From Octopus sinensis (Eukaryota), in contig NC_043000.1 in assembly GCF_006345805.1 (NCBI RefSeq), positions 55,490,001-55,554,000 on the forward strand: DNA of 64,000 nucleotides, read 5' to 3'. Shown here one piece after another: positions 13,083 to 26,164 of this stretch (position 1 is the stretch's first letter; the number at the start of each line of letters is the position of its first letter). The position numbers and the translations under genes were made by a program. The notes beneath the pieces were generated by a model. That model did no database searches. It worked only from the letters and a program-made list of their open reading frames with translations, and was not told the origin of the DNA.

Positions 13083-13593
13083 TGAAGATGACGATCAGGA
13101 TTTTAGAAGAGGAGGATGGGACGGTGAAGGTGAATGTGGAGACTGGCATTTTGTTATTACTAGTTTACCAGTAAGTATGAGTGAGTCATGTGCAGGTGGT
13201 ATACGATTTAGTTACTTCATTATCTGAGTCATGCAATCTAATGAACGAACGTTCAAAACTTTAACACAAACATGCAATAACGAATTATAGTGTATTTGAA
13301 GATTTTATTACATCTTGTTTGCCGCAGCTGTATGGAATTTAATTGGCGATTTTGTTGCACACTCGAGCAAGATGGAAACAAGCTTTGTTTATATATTTAT
13401 TCATGTTCCTTTAACAAAATAGTTTACCGTGTTCATATCATTATTCATAGTATTATCATATTTATGTGATTATTCCTTTAGTTAAAAATAGTTCCTATGT
13501 ATTTAAAATGTCCTCTAACTGTGCCTACAGTAACGATAAAAATTAAATGGTTAGAAACGTTTACAAAGATGAAAATTTTTAATAATTTTCACT

Positions 13594-13975
13594 TCGTATT
13601 CGTCGTCGTCGTCGTATTTGTCAGAACGCTTCATTCATGGTGATGGTAGAGATGACTCTGTAGACCAATCCTTGCATAGAAGAGTCGATGATATTGATTG
13701 CATGATAATGTTAGTGGATGACGAGGTCGATTTTCTCAGTCCTTTCTCACCCAAACGATATAAGCTCAATTCCAGTGGATTTCAGTGTTGCTTTGAGTTG
13801 GTCCATGTATTTTCCAAGAGGTCCTTTTTCTGAAGTGAGCTCACTGAATAAGACTTGGTATGGGAACCTTGACTCTTCTATTCTTGTTACATGTCCTGGC
13901 CATCGTATTACACTTGTGTGCCTTAAATTCATATAAGAAACAATACACTGCAGGTTCTCTCCCTAGTTGAGATAT
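13594..13975 (-). mobile_element. RTE-clade LINE 3' fragment
   Basis: IRWPGHVTRIEESRFPYQVLFSEL...YMDQLKATLK is the typical RTE C-terminal block; ends in a short (ACG)n tail. Confidence 0.8.
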
Positions 13976-14351
13976 TATTAAGACCATAAAGAATCAACTA
14001 AAGACAACTAATTCATACGGCGTTAAATAACGATATCATGTGTTCTGCGATATACAGATTAGTACGTATTATTTGATAGATAGTTGTTATTGTCATAGTT
14101 AGCGCCCCAAGTGAGCTCTGGTCATTGTGATATATTTTATCTTTTAATTGCTTTAGTCAGTTACGGCCTTGCTGGGTCACCGCCTTGACGATTTTTATTT
14201 TAACGTATCGATTCCATTACCTATTTCTTTAAAGCCTGGTACTTATACTATGGGTCTGATTTGTCGAAAAAATAAGTTACTGGAACGCAACCGAATCAGC
14301 ACCTGTTGTACAAAAACAGATATACAGATACACAATCATAGATGTATACAT

Positions 14352-14515
14352 ACATATATACGACGAGCTCTTTCGGCTTTCGTCTACTAAATCCACTCAC
14401 AAGGCTTTGCTCAGCCTAAAGCTATAGTAGAAGGCACTTGCCTAAAGTGCTACACAGTGTAACTGAACCTGAAATCATGTGGTTGGCAGGCAAGCTTCTT
14501 TCTACACAGCCACGT
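14352..14515 (-). mobile_element. tRNA-derived SINE family B (5' part)
   Basis: GGCTGTGTAGAAAGAAGCTTG...CAGGTTCAGTT...GGCAAGTG.CTTCTACTATAGC; homologous to 34008-34150. Confidence 0.75.
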
Positions 14516-15664
14516 CTGACCTTGTGACCTTTACATTTCATTTATAGGACTACAAATCTAGATTTCATATGTAGGACCTATCAAGTTGGTGTTTTCAATT
14601 AGAATGTGGGAGGGAATCATTTACGCTTAGATTTGGCGAGCATGTTTGTTGACTGACAATTTTAAAATGTTCATATACCTAGTATATGGTCAATTTTAAA
14701 GTTTAAATGATGTACTGTCTATAAAAACTCCTTGTATTCCTGTGTACTCTCTTGTCTCTTGAGTTCTGCCTTCACAGTTAAATACAACTCCCTTAAACAA
14801 TTATATGATATCGAAAACATTATATTTCTGTTCTTGCTCCAAACCACATGATGGCGATAAAGCTAACACTGAGCTGAGATGTTTCTTCCACTTACTTTTG
14901 TATTGTATTAAAAGGGACCGATTTTTCAAGCGTATGTAGATTTAAGTCAACATGATATAATCAAAGCACTTGTAATTAAAAATATTTATTCAATATTCAC
15001 TGTAGATTGTTAAAACGCTTACCAAATCATAATGAATATGTTTACTTAGTTTCTTATATTCCCTTTACGAAGATCTCTGATAGTAATTCTTTGTATCGAT
15101 TCGATCCACTTCACTGAAATTTGAAATTTAGAACCACAGCCTAACAATAATACCATAAAATGCATAAACGTCCTTGAGAGACGAAAATGTCAACGTAAAT
15201 ATTTACCGACCAATCAGCATCAGCTGGCAAGTATCAATCAATGGCGGTGAACTAAGGAAAAAACATCATGTAAAAATCTCCGCTAAATTGTTTTAAAAAT
15301 TGTAATTTCTTGCACTTTTTTTTAAAATTTCCATGTAAATTTGTGTTTCGTATATTCCTTTTTCCAGTTGATACAAATATATGTAGCGAAATGTCGTTTA
15401 GCCGTCATTTCGTCATTAACTTCACTGTCCCAACCTAAAGGACTAGAGGTTTCATTTAGTCTATTTCTACTTCTTTTCCAACCACTGTGGCTAACAAGGA
15501 GGTCGTCATCGTCGTTGTCGTCATCATCCTCCTCCTCCTCCTCCTCATCATCATCATCATCATCATCACCATCATCATCATCGCTATCGTCATCGTCGTC
15601 ATCGTTATTATTATTATTATTATTATTTTTTTTTTATTATTATTATTATTATCATAATGCTATA

Positions 15665-16050
15665 TAAGTTGGTAGTGATGATGTCCTAAGAATCTTTATT
15701 GGTATACTTGTAGAATAAAGGATTGCACTTTACTGCAGGTCGACAATGAGTCAGTTCTAGTATCCTTCAGCCTCTTAGATGGCAGTTTGGGTGTTATGCT
15801 AAATACCCCAGTTACCACAGGAATTATTTTTGTCTTAGCTTTCCACAATTACTTCAGCTCTCTAAGTAGATCCTGATATTTCTCACGTTTTTCCATTTCT
15901 GTGGTATACACTCTATTATCACATGGCATATCAAATGTACGACCTTATAATATTCGTTTCTTCTGTCCGCCATAATTATATCTAATCTTCCTGCTTCAGT
16001 ACTACAGCCAGTCTTTATAGTAAAATCCCATAAAATCTTGTACATTTCAT
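15665..16050 (-). mobile_element. R4/Dong-type LINE 3' fragment (RLE region) with (AAT)n tail
   Basis: KILWDFTIKT...RLDIIMADR (RPD-like RLE motif); IIPVVTG downstream; runs into AAT repeats at 15600-15655. Confidence 0.7.
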
Positions 16051-17234
16051 TCTTTATTATAGTGTTTACCTCATGTTCATACGAGATTTGTGCTACTTTT
16101 AATTCACATACTCAACTAGCATCCTGATGCACAATTGTACCCTCGTGTCCATAGGGCTTGTATTAACAAAAACATTGCAAAATTACTGATCCAACTATAT
16201 TTTACATACCCAAAGTTTGCTATTTTGGGAAAAAAAATAGTAAGCAACAGTAATTCATGTAGTTCAAAAAATTATGTTGCTATTTGTGAACAATAGTATT
16301 GCTAGTTATAGATTTCTGAGGTCAGTCTTTGATTAATTGCATTTCTAACCGCAAGTGTGACAGCTAAATTCCTCTGCAGCTCTGTGCAGATTAAATAACG
16401 AAAGGTACTTCTTAAGAGGAAAATCGTTTTTTTTTTTGGTCTCATCTCCAAGTATAATTTGCATATGTGAATTTATCCTGTAATTCTTTGTCCTTTCTCC
16501 AATAAAAAATTTTAAAACTACATGTTATTCTTTCACATTAAGTGTTGTTTAAAATATTATATCTCTAACACATTCCTCGTATAAGATTCATCAAATAAGT
16601 GGTTGTTCAGTCTCACATCACTTATGACTAAGGAGATATATGGTCAATGCATTTACTTGAAACTATCTTGTTTCTTCTTAGAATGTAGAACAACCAAGAA
16701 CATATACAATACAACTACTCGTTTATTGACGGTAAGATATGAAATATATAAATTCGAATACTATTTCTGGAAGGATGCCTGATCATGCAGACACTTTTTA
16801 ATTGATTACCATGTACAAATGTAGGCGGATCTGCCATTCTTTATTAAATTAATATTATCTTCAACGGAACATTCTTGTTTGGTATAGGGTTATATAATAA
16901 ACGTATTTCGTGGCCCGCCATTGAAAGCGTATATAAAAACAATAGATATTCCAAAGAGATGAGATTAATTAATATGATTATGCCTGACTGTAGATATTAT
17001 AAGAACATTGTGGTATGATAACGGTTATCACCCAGTTGAAATCAAACAGGCAAATAACTTCGATTGATTTCGTTTGTCTTGTTTCAGCACAAAAATATTT
17101 TGCATTAGAAATGTAAGAAGTGAAGTTCATATCTCTCCCAGGTTGATGAAGACAGATGCCAGTACAGAAGAATATGAATAAAATATTTATTCAATGTCAA
17201 TTCATATATATATATATTATATATATATATATAT

Positions 17235-17447
17235 TCAAAACGTGATCGCGTGTGTACCGTTCGCGATTTTTTTCCTCCGTCTTCCCTTCTTTGGATCTTT
17301 CCTTTTCCTATGTTTCTGACGAAGAGCTCCGCTCGAAACGTTAAACCCACCTTCTTCCCTTCTTTCCTGAGCGTCCAACAACACTATACTTGTTCCAGGT
17401 CCTCGCGTTGTTGTGTTTTGTCTATGTATTTTCACGTTTGGATTAAC
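17235..17447 (+). mobile_element. ~210-bp non-coding repeat carrying a hammerhead (PLE pseudo-LTR / retrozyme-like), within (TA)n
   Basis: Homologues at 49790-49955 and 52275-52390; flanked by TA runs on both sides. Confidence 0.75.
17312..17346 (+). ncRNA. Minimal type I hammerhead ribozyme, apparently intact
   Basis: GTTT-CTGACGA-A-GAGC-TCC-GCTC-GAAA-CG-TT-AAAC: helix I GUUU/AAAC, helix II GAGC/GCUC, conserved CUGANGA and GAAA, palindromic helix III AACGUU, GUU cleavage triplet. Confidence 0.75.
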
Positions 17448-17508
<61 letters not shown>

Positions 17509-17613
17509 CATAAATATATGTATATGTATACGCGAATATACACGTTCTCATATGTATATATACATGTGAACATATATGTGTGTGTGCGCGCGTGTGTGTA
17601 TTTCTTTTTCTAT

Positions 17614-17656
<43 letters not shown>

Positions 17657-17978
17657 CATCAAATGTCAGAAGGTATGAGAGGTGAATATATTTATCTGAC
17701 ACCCCGTCAGCCTTAGCTTTAAAGGCCTTTTCGCGCCATTTCTTATATAGAAACAGCCGTAATCCTGAGGAGGGTAAGCGTTTAAATAGATATATTCACT
17801 TCTCATAACTCCTGATTTTTAATGATTAATATAATCTCACCGATCGGATCTCCTGGATTTCAGCGGTATTAACACCGCATTATACACCTCTCTATTAGAT
17901 TACTAAGTGGTCTGTTAGTCAAGCCCACTAGAGGAGCTTTTTGGGATAGTCACACGATTCTATTAATCCATATATTAC

Positions 17979-17979
<1 letters not shown>

Positions 17980-18014
<35 letters not shown>

Positions 18015-18073
18015 CAGACATACAGGCAGGCAGGCAGGCAGACAGATAGTCAGACAGACAGATAGATACATAT

Positions 18074-18132
<59 letters not shown>

Positions 18133-18135
18133 AGG

Positions 18136-18225
<90 letters not shown>
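17980..18225. repeat. (AGAC)n/(AGGC)n/(TA)n/(AG)n/(AGAT)n compound microsatellite
   Basis: Direct reading. Confidence 0.95.
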
Positions 18226-18226
<1 letters not shown>

Positions 18227-18370
18227 AATTTGTTATATAAACAGCCTTTTCATAACACTACATTCGAAAGACAGTTTCTATTTATAAATGGCTAAGTTGC
18301 ATAATTTCTTCATAAGTGTTTCCTTTCTGCTAGTATTAGTATTTTCCTACAAAAGACCATGTGGTTTGGA

Positions 18371-18444
18371 ATTTATTTTTGTGAGATACATCTCCAAGAG
18401 TATACATTTCTATACTCTTGGAGATGTATCTCATAAAAATAAAT
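18371..18444. repeat. 34-bp near-perfect inverted repeat (hairpin, 6-nt loop)
   Basis: ATTTATTTTTGTGAGATACATCTCCAAGAGTATA / TATACTCTTGGAGATGTATCTCATAAAAATAAAT; one G.T pair. Confidence 0.95.
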
Positions 18445-19786
18445 TTCATATGATCCTGGGTATAATACTGTATTTATATTCTAAAGTTATTTCTAACGTC
18501 TTTCTTTACTGTCAATCTAAAAATTCCACCTATAGTTTTTCGACAATACTGTATTATGCTTGGTAATTTTGCGAAATTTATGGCATTCAAGTTTTTTCAA
18601 ATTTATTTTCCATTAATTAAAAAATGTTCAAAAAAGAAACTGATTATGAAAATTACGTTTGCTCAAGAGCATTAAAAGTTAATTAAAGCTTAATGTTTGT
18701 GAGTGAGTGAGTGAAATTATGATCACATTTCTGTTAAAACAGTTTCTGTAACATTGCATTATATACCGCGCTTAAGTTAGACCATACATTCTTTTGTGTG
18801 AGAATATGCATTGTGAATGTTTCAAACGTTATGAACATCGAAATTAATGCTGATTCATCTGTTTCTTTTATATCCTATTCCAAAGTTGGCTCTGGTGGGT
18901 CATAGACGTAATAATACTGATTTAATCTTTAGTATGCTCATCACAAAACTATGAATGATTGCATTTTTAATATCTCAGGATGTAAATTCAGAGAATGTAG
19001 CACCTACCCCTTCTACTTGCCTCATATGTGCATTTCAACAGGTAACAATTTGACTGACTTCTAGTAAGGGATTTATCGCAGCTTAGTTTTCTATTTAGTA
19101 TTGACTTTAAGTTATTTGTAGAAGACTATGTTAGTAAAATTACTTATGAAGGCATTGAATTATATTTTGAAGATCAAGTTTTATTATTACTTTCTTGTTG
19201 ACTACAAATATCTCTACAATTCAACAAATTCTCATCTTTCAACGTAGTCAAAAGTGTTTGTTTTCTTTATTAGAGTATGTTTATAATGCTACTGAAATAT
19301 AGATATTTAGGCCGTTTAAATACTTAGATTGCTATATAGTACTACACTATAATACATCCACAATAAAACCTACTTTCCATATATATAAATAAGGCATGTA
19401 GATGCAAAACTATCGAAACCTGAGGGAAAAAGTTGAAGCGTCGTGTTCGCAAAATTATATACAGCATCTATTTCGAATCTTCACGATAACATCTTCATTA
19501 AAATTTTGTTTAGCTGTTGTCATGGCCACGGTCAGTTGCTCAGGATATTTCATTGCGTAAAAGGAGTATCATGCCCAATGCTCCGTATGTAATTTTTAAA
19601 ATACAATAGCAATGCAAAACCAAAAATAAAAACCATTTGCAAATGTTTTACTTCAACTAAATAACTCATACAATCTCTCAATCTCTCACCTATCCACACA
19701 CATATATATTTATGCTTATAAATATCAGTGTGTATGTATGCGTGTGATATGTGAATGTGCTTGTATTTATGTATGTATACATACAC

Positions 19787-19818
<32 letters not shown>

Positions 19819-19837
19819 ATATATATATACATGTACA

Positions 19838-19882
<45 letters not shown>

Positions 19883-22125
19883 GCATATTTATATACCTGT
19901 GCAGGGTTCTGCTTGTTTGCACTCGTCTGATTACTTAGTAAATTATAGACTTTCAAATGTCTATTTTAAATTACAAAGTAATAGTTTTTCGCACTATTTA
20001 CTGGCCTTCTTTAAAAAATATTAAAATATATAACTTTCATTTGCTATAAATCATTGTTATCAAAATAGCTTTGGTTACTGCTGCTTTTTGTAGATAAGTG
20101 AATTCTGAAAATCTACATAATGTCATATTATAAATTTGAAAACCACTCTTCAGATGTTGTCTCGCTGTTTCAATTTCGTTGGAAATAATATTGATTAAGA
20201 AAGTTAGTTTCATATGTGTGAAGCTAAGTAGATCATGTGTTTCTTTGTACTTTTTATACTTGAAAACAAGTTTGGTACTTTCCTGTTTCTTATTGACAAC
20301 TGTGTTGCTTACTTAGTGTGAAACTTATTTTTGTATCCTTGAAAACGTAGAAAATTCTATAACTATAGAAAAGAGGCTCAGAGATTTACATGATCAATGG
20401 AATATTAAAGGCAAAGGTGCTAATGCAATTCTCTTTGAAGAATGATTTTCTTGATGACTGAACATATAGGTACAAGACGAGGTTTTTTTTTTACATGTAA
20501 TGTAACGTTATAAATGTGCATAGTGGAATCATCTCATAAAATATCTATAATATCAAATCTACTGGCTTGCTTTCTTGTGAAGGTGAGTCAAGCAATATCT
20601 TGTTGCTTATGAAATTGTATTATATTACGTGTTGGATGTAACCTTAAACAGTAAGCAAATAACATCAGCAAAAACAGAATCTCATTATACTCATAAAAAA
20701 TTGATAGCGAGTGTAACACAAAGAGGGAAAATTATTTATGGTGTATTTAATGCTAATGGATATAAAGCGGTATCGGTTCAGAGGAACGCAAAACTAGAAA
20801 CTCTTCAATGGTATTGCAATAAAATATCTTAGAAAGCTTGTCAAATAAACATATAAATATGTCTGACTTCCCCAATTGAGATAAAAGCTTTAAAGCTAGC
20901 AATTATTTTCAGTTTTCTTGATGATTTCTATGGGTATCGTTTCGCTTTTTGTTGACAAATAATGCTTTATAGTTGTCCTTATACGATCACATCAGAATTC
21001 TCACTCCACTCATTATATTCACCTGACTATTATATATTATGTATTCAATGCAACAAATTTTACAAAATCAGTGACGTATACATTTCTATCTAGAGAATGG
21101 CAAGTATTTACAAATATTTTTCTCATCAAATATACTGTCATTATAATAGAAATATCAAATGTAAAAAGCAACTAATATTTTGTTCATGTATTTGGTATTG
21201 CCAACTGTTAAAATGACATTCTGTCTTGAAGTTATAATTGAAGAATAAGTTGAACATTAATTAACCCTAACTTTATACTGTTCTTCTAAAAGATATTAAG
21301 TGAAATGTCTCTGCTGCATAAAGAAGCCAGTGTCAAAAATTTACTCTTACAGCACCAAACCAATTAGTTAAATATTATTAAATTCTTTGCACGCTATTTC
21401 AATATACTTGTTCTTTAACTTGAGTTCGAAGCTATTAATGTATTTCATTTAGAACTACTTACGTGTTTTACACAAGGGTAGTATAGAACAAAATTATTGT
21501 ATTGTGATTCACAAACTTATGAATGATCAAGTCAACAGTGAAAAGTAATTCTAAGTCTATATGTGTAACACATTAAGGCTCGATGTACAATTTCATTGAA
21601 AGTGTAGTAGTAACATTGAGAAAAATGTAATGCATAGCAAATTAGCTCTTGTTTTTAATTTCAATAAATTTTAATCTATCATTCATTACAGAAATTTTTT
21701 TTATTTATTTCATTTCCTGCATTTACACGCATAGAAATATGATTGGAATTTATAAATAAATGCATACATTAACCAAATCTATTGCTCATATATAATAATA
21801 TGCCACCGAGAAATTGTATAATACCGGCCAGTCTGCAAGAAAAATATGAGCTTTATCCTTGAGTTAGAATATCACGCAATTTTTGGAATTGTTTTATATT
21901 TCATTGGTTAATGAGGAGTGCTTGACTTGATTGCTTAGCCTAGTAGTAGAAACAGAAGGTATTTCTCCCTTAAACTACAGCACGCAGCCAGCACCGTTAT
22001 TTCTAAGTCAAGAAATTGAAAATCTTTGATTATTAGTATTTCAAAAAGGGCTGACATGGGACCGAAAGACAACAAATTTGCGGAAGGAATTTACAGGCAA
22101 TGTTGCTAAAATATTTAGTGAAACA

Positions 22126-22355
22126 GAAGGCGGTGAACTCGCAGAATATTTAGAACGCTGGGCAAAATGCTTAGCGGCATTTCGTCCGTCTTTTCGTTCA
22201 GAGTTCAAATACCGCCAAGGTCGACTTTGCCTTTCATCTTTTCCTGGTCGATAAGATAAGTACCAGTTTAGTACTGGGGTCGATCCAATCGGCTTAACGT
22301 CTCCTCCAGACTTGCTGGCTTTGCATCAAAATTTAAAATCAATAAATTTAGTTGA
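22126..22355 (+). mobile_element. tRNA-derived SINE family A
   Basis: GGCGGTGAACTCGCAGAA...GAGTTCAAAT.CCGCCAAGGTCGACTTTGCCTTTCATC...ATAAGTACCAG. Confidence 0.85.
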
Positions 22356-24948
22356 ACAATTGTTCATCCTATATTTGTTTTACCACGATCTATTATTAGC
22401 TGTTTTGCTAATTTGGAATGTTTTATTACTGTATTATGTCGTCATTTAGTAACATAATTTAGTGATTTACCTGCATAAGTTGATTTTGAAAATCAAACAC
22501 TAGTCCAAAATTCTCCGATGATAAACAAAGATCCACTTGGATTCCCACTTCCAAATAAAGATACGACTTGGGTCTTCACAGGTCTTGGAAGAATGATAAA
22601 TTGATGTTATCAGATTCCCTGTTTGAAATGTGATGTGACATAGCATTACCTTTGAATAAAGTTGTCCTGGAAAATTATCAGCTGAACAAACTATTAGTCT
22701 ACGAAGTCATCTCTTACTCTTCAGTCTCTGATGTACTTTATACCAATAATCCTTTTGCTTTTTTGTTAGAATACGACTGACCTTAACCTATTAATGATAC
22801 CTTAAAGCCATGGAGCTACGTCAAGAGAAATGTTCCAATATACTCAATAGCTTAATCCCAAAGAACTTTCGTTGAAACTTTAACAGTTTTTCCGGAAATA
22901 TGTAACTCTAAAATTTCTAACGTGGATTCATGTTTATAAGTTTTCTTTCGCTTTGCTTTATTTCTGAGAATGTGGGTGTATGTGTACGTCTGTATCAATG
23001 CGTATCTATGTGTGTGTGCATCTGTATCTACGTGTGGTGTGTGGTGTGTGTGTGGTATCAGATGGCTCGCTCATTAGAATATAGGATAAAATGTTTAGTA
23101 ATTTTTATTGTGGCTAGTTGCCCACTGAATCCATATCCCGCAGAAATCAACTTTAATTTCCATCCTTTCGATAAAGGAAGTCTAGTTCTGAAGCTGATTT
23201 TTCTCTTCACATTTCCCCTCTTCCTCCCTGGCATGAATCGGTTGGATTCAAACAACCAGGTTTAAAGTGCGTAAGACACGCCCTCTGTTCTGACGACCAT
23301 TCAACGCTTCCAATCGATATTGAGAACTCCAAAAGGGCATGCGTATTTATGTATGGCTACACAGTAGAACTTATGCTATTTTTTAATTCCGTTGAAACTT
23401 GACCATCTTATGCCATGGTCAACTAGCATTGCATCTTATACAAGATTTACAAAATATAGTTCCTGGCAAACTTATGATTTTTGAGAGTCTTCAAATAGTC
23501 TTGAAATTGGTACCAAAGAATGACTGCTGACTAGCTAGTAAAAACTACTATGATTGATAATATTTAATTTTATTGAATTTATAAACGGAAAAATTAGATG
23601 TGAATTCAACAGACGAATATTTCTGTTATGTATGAATGAAATAGCTTTAAATTTTAGTATTTTGGAGTTCATCAGTATTCATAAAACAGATACGTCGATG
23701 AAATGACAATTCGATTTATTTATAGAATTCAGTAATACGATATACAAAACTGATACGATGGTATCAGAGCTATACAATATCCATAGCCTATTTATCACCG
23801 AAAATGTGTGTGTGTGTGAAAGAGAGGGGAGGGAGATCATTCATGCTACTATGCGTTTGATACTTTATATGTTTAAATATCAGTACATCTTCAAACTTCA
23901 GAAGTAGATACTTTATTATAGAGAAATGGATACTGCTTGTATGTTTGTTTGTGTTTGTGCTCGTGCATGTGAAAGTGTGTATGAATTCTTATATGCGTGC
24001 GTGTGCATTTGCAAGCGAGCGTGTTAAATTTAGCTTATTTAATAATAAATCAAATTGAAAAGATATTTAATTCTCTCTTCTGAAACATGTTAAAGGATAT
24101 TTTATACAATGCTTGGAAGACTTCTATCTCTCCCTCACACAGACATGCACATATACGCACATATACGCTCGCACCATGCACACATACTTACATATATATA
24201 CAGATATATATTCATTTATTTATTTATTTACATACATGCATGCATACCTATAGGCATACACACATACATACACTTCTATCTATTCCTCTCTGTTTGTATT
24301 TGTGTGACTGCCGCTAGGTTTGCTTGTTAGTGTGTTCCACTTTGCGACTGTATTTGTTAAGTTGGTTACTTCTGAGCGTGTGCAGAGTGGGAAAGGGCTG
24401 CATAAATAGATTGGATATTTATATTGATATATAGTTGTTGACTTAAAAATATCTAACATTTCATTATTAAAACTGTCACTATTATACAGAATACCATCTA
24501 CAACGTTTTCCTTATATATGTCATGCATGCACAATCCGTTGACGAATTAGGGATTCACAAATATATATGTATTTCACGTAAAAATCGCATCGAATAGTAT
24601 TATATTTATTTCTAATACATCAATGTATAAAGTATAGTTTTTCTCTAAGATAAATTATAATAGTATATTTTCCAGATATATAAATCAGTTAGCTTTTTTA
24701 TTATTTGATTTCTATAGCAGTTGTGTAATTAGGTTTTCATGTACGGTGATTTGTAAATGAAAGAAACTGAACTAAACTTGTCATATTTTTTATGCATTTT
24801 TGCTTCTAATAATGAAGGTAAATGTATTTATATGTATGAAAGAAGCAGAGCAGACAAACTCGCCATATTGAGCCACATGATCATATAAAATTTCTGTATT
24901 AATCTACGTGCGCTTATTTATATTAAGATATTCCATACGCCGAGAGTA

Positions 24949-25080
<132 letters not shown>

Positions 25081-25344
25081 TCAAGTATGTGTGCATTTGT
25101 TAAGCTGTTACAAGAAGAGGAGTAACAGCGACTTCGAGACATCAGTTTGTTAGCCTTCGTGAGAAGGTCTGGCGGCTGCTAGCATGCCGAAATTTTGAAG
25201 TTACTCTCACCCTTTTGCTTCTAAGAGTTTAATGAACAAGTACTCTTTTCCTGCGTATTAATGTGTTTCTCCGTGTTGTGTATATATAAAGTTGTATGCA
25301 TAAGTATGTATAGATATATATAAATATATATATATATAAATTTG

Positions 25345-25922
25345 TAAATAAGGATAATATCGATATATAAATATCGATATTATCAAGTGGCCAGCATGGA
25401 AAAATACCATACAAAGGTAATAATTTTTTTTACAACTAAAAATAAGGGTGCCTGAGAGACACCACCATGCCGAAATAGCAGTCAAAACCCTGACTCTAAG
25501 AACCATGTTAAATGTTCATATCGCACCATGAGATAAGACAGAGGGACAAAATAGACTAGCAAAAAATATTACTGAATAATTCAAGATCCTGGATTTCTAG
25601 CTTTGCTTTAAATAAGCTTTGCCTCGTCAGTTGAATATATCAGATAGGCACATAAATACAAATAAATATATGCAGAACAAACCTTATATTTACATATACG
25701 AACGTCCATACATACATATATATGCACGTATGTACAAGGCCAGTTAAATTGCCCGCCAAAAGCACCCCATAAGTACGATATGATCAAAATAAACACCGGT
25801 GAATATAGTGACGAATTTTATAAATTTATTAATAAGGATAATAACGATATTTAAATATCGATATTATCAAGTGGCCAGCATGGGAAAAATACCATACAAA
25901 GGTAATAATTTTTTTTACAACT
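25345..25922 (+). mobile_element. Partial-tandem repeat unit with decayed hammerhead (probable PLE pseudo-LTR)
   Basis: ~92-bp direct repeat at 25345-25437 and 25831-25922; the first copy continues into GGGTGC-CTGA_GA-GACA-CCACCA-TGCC-GAAA-TAGCAG-TC-AAAACCC (25446-25490). Confidence 0.5.
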
Positions 25923-25933
25923 AGTCATATATA

Positions 25934-25965
<32 letters not shown>

Positions 25966-26164
25966 TATATTACATATATATTCTTATCGGATGACTGTGA
26001 AGCCGTCCTTTTATTGGAATAATTTCCAAAGATTTCTAATATCGCTTCTTCATACTTCGCTTTTGAATTTAGTTATATAAATTTGGATAGCTAAGAAAAC
26101 TTGTAAAAAATAATCAGTACATGATTTAACTTATTAAACACAGTTGAATAAATTCATTCATATT

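Noticed and set aside
17673-17810. GAAACAGCCGTA-ATC-CTGAGGA-GGG inside a short inverted repeat
   Set aside because: It resembles hammerhead halves, but only 3 nt separate UA from CUGA and helix II does not pair; at most a very decayed relic.
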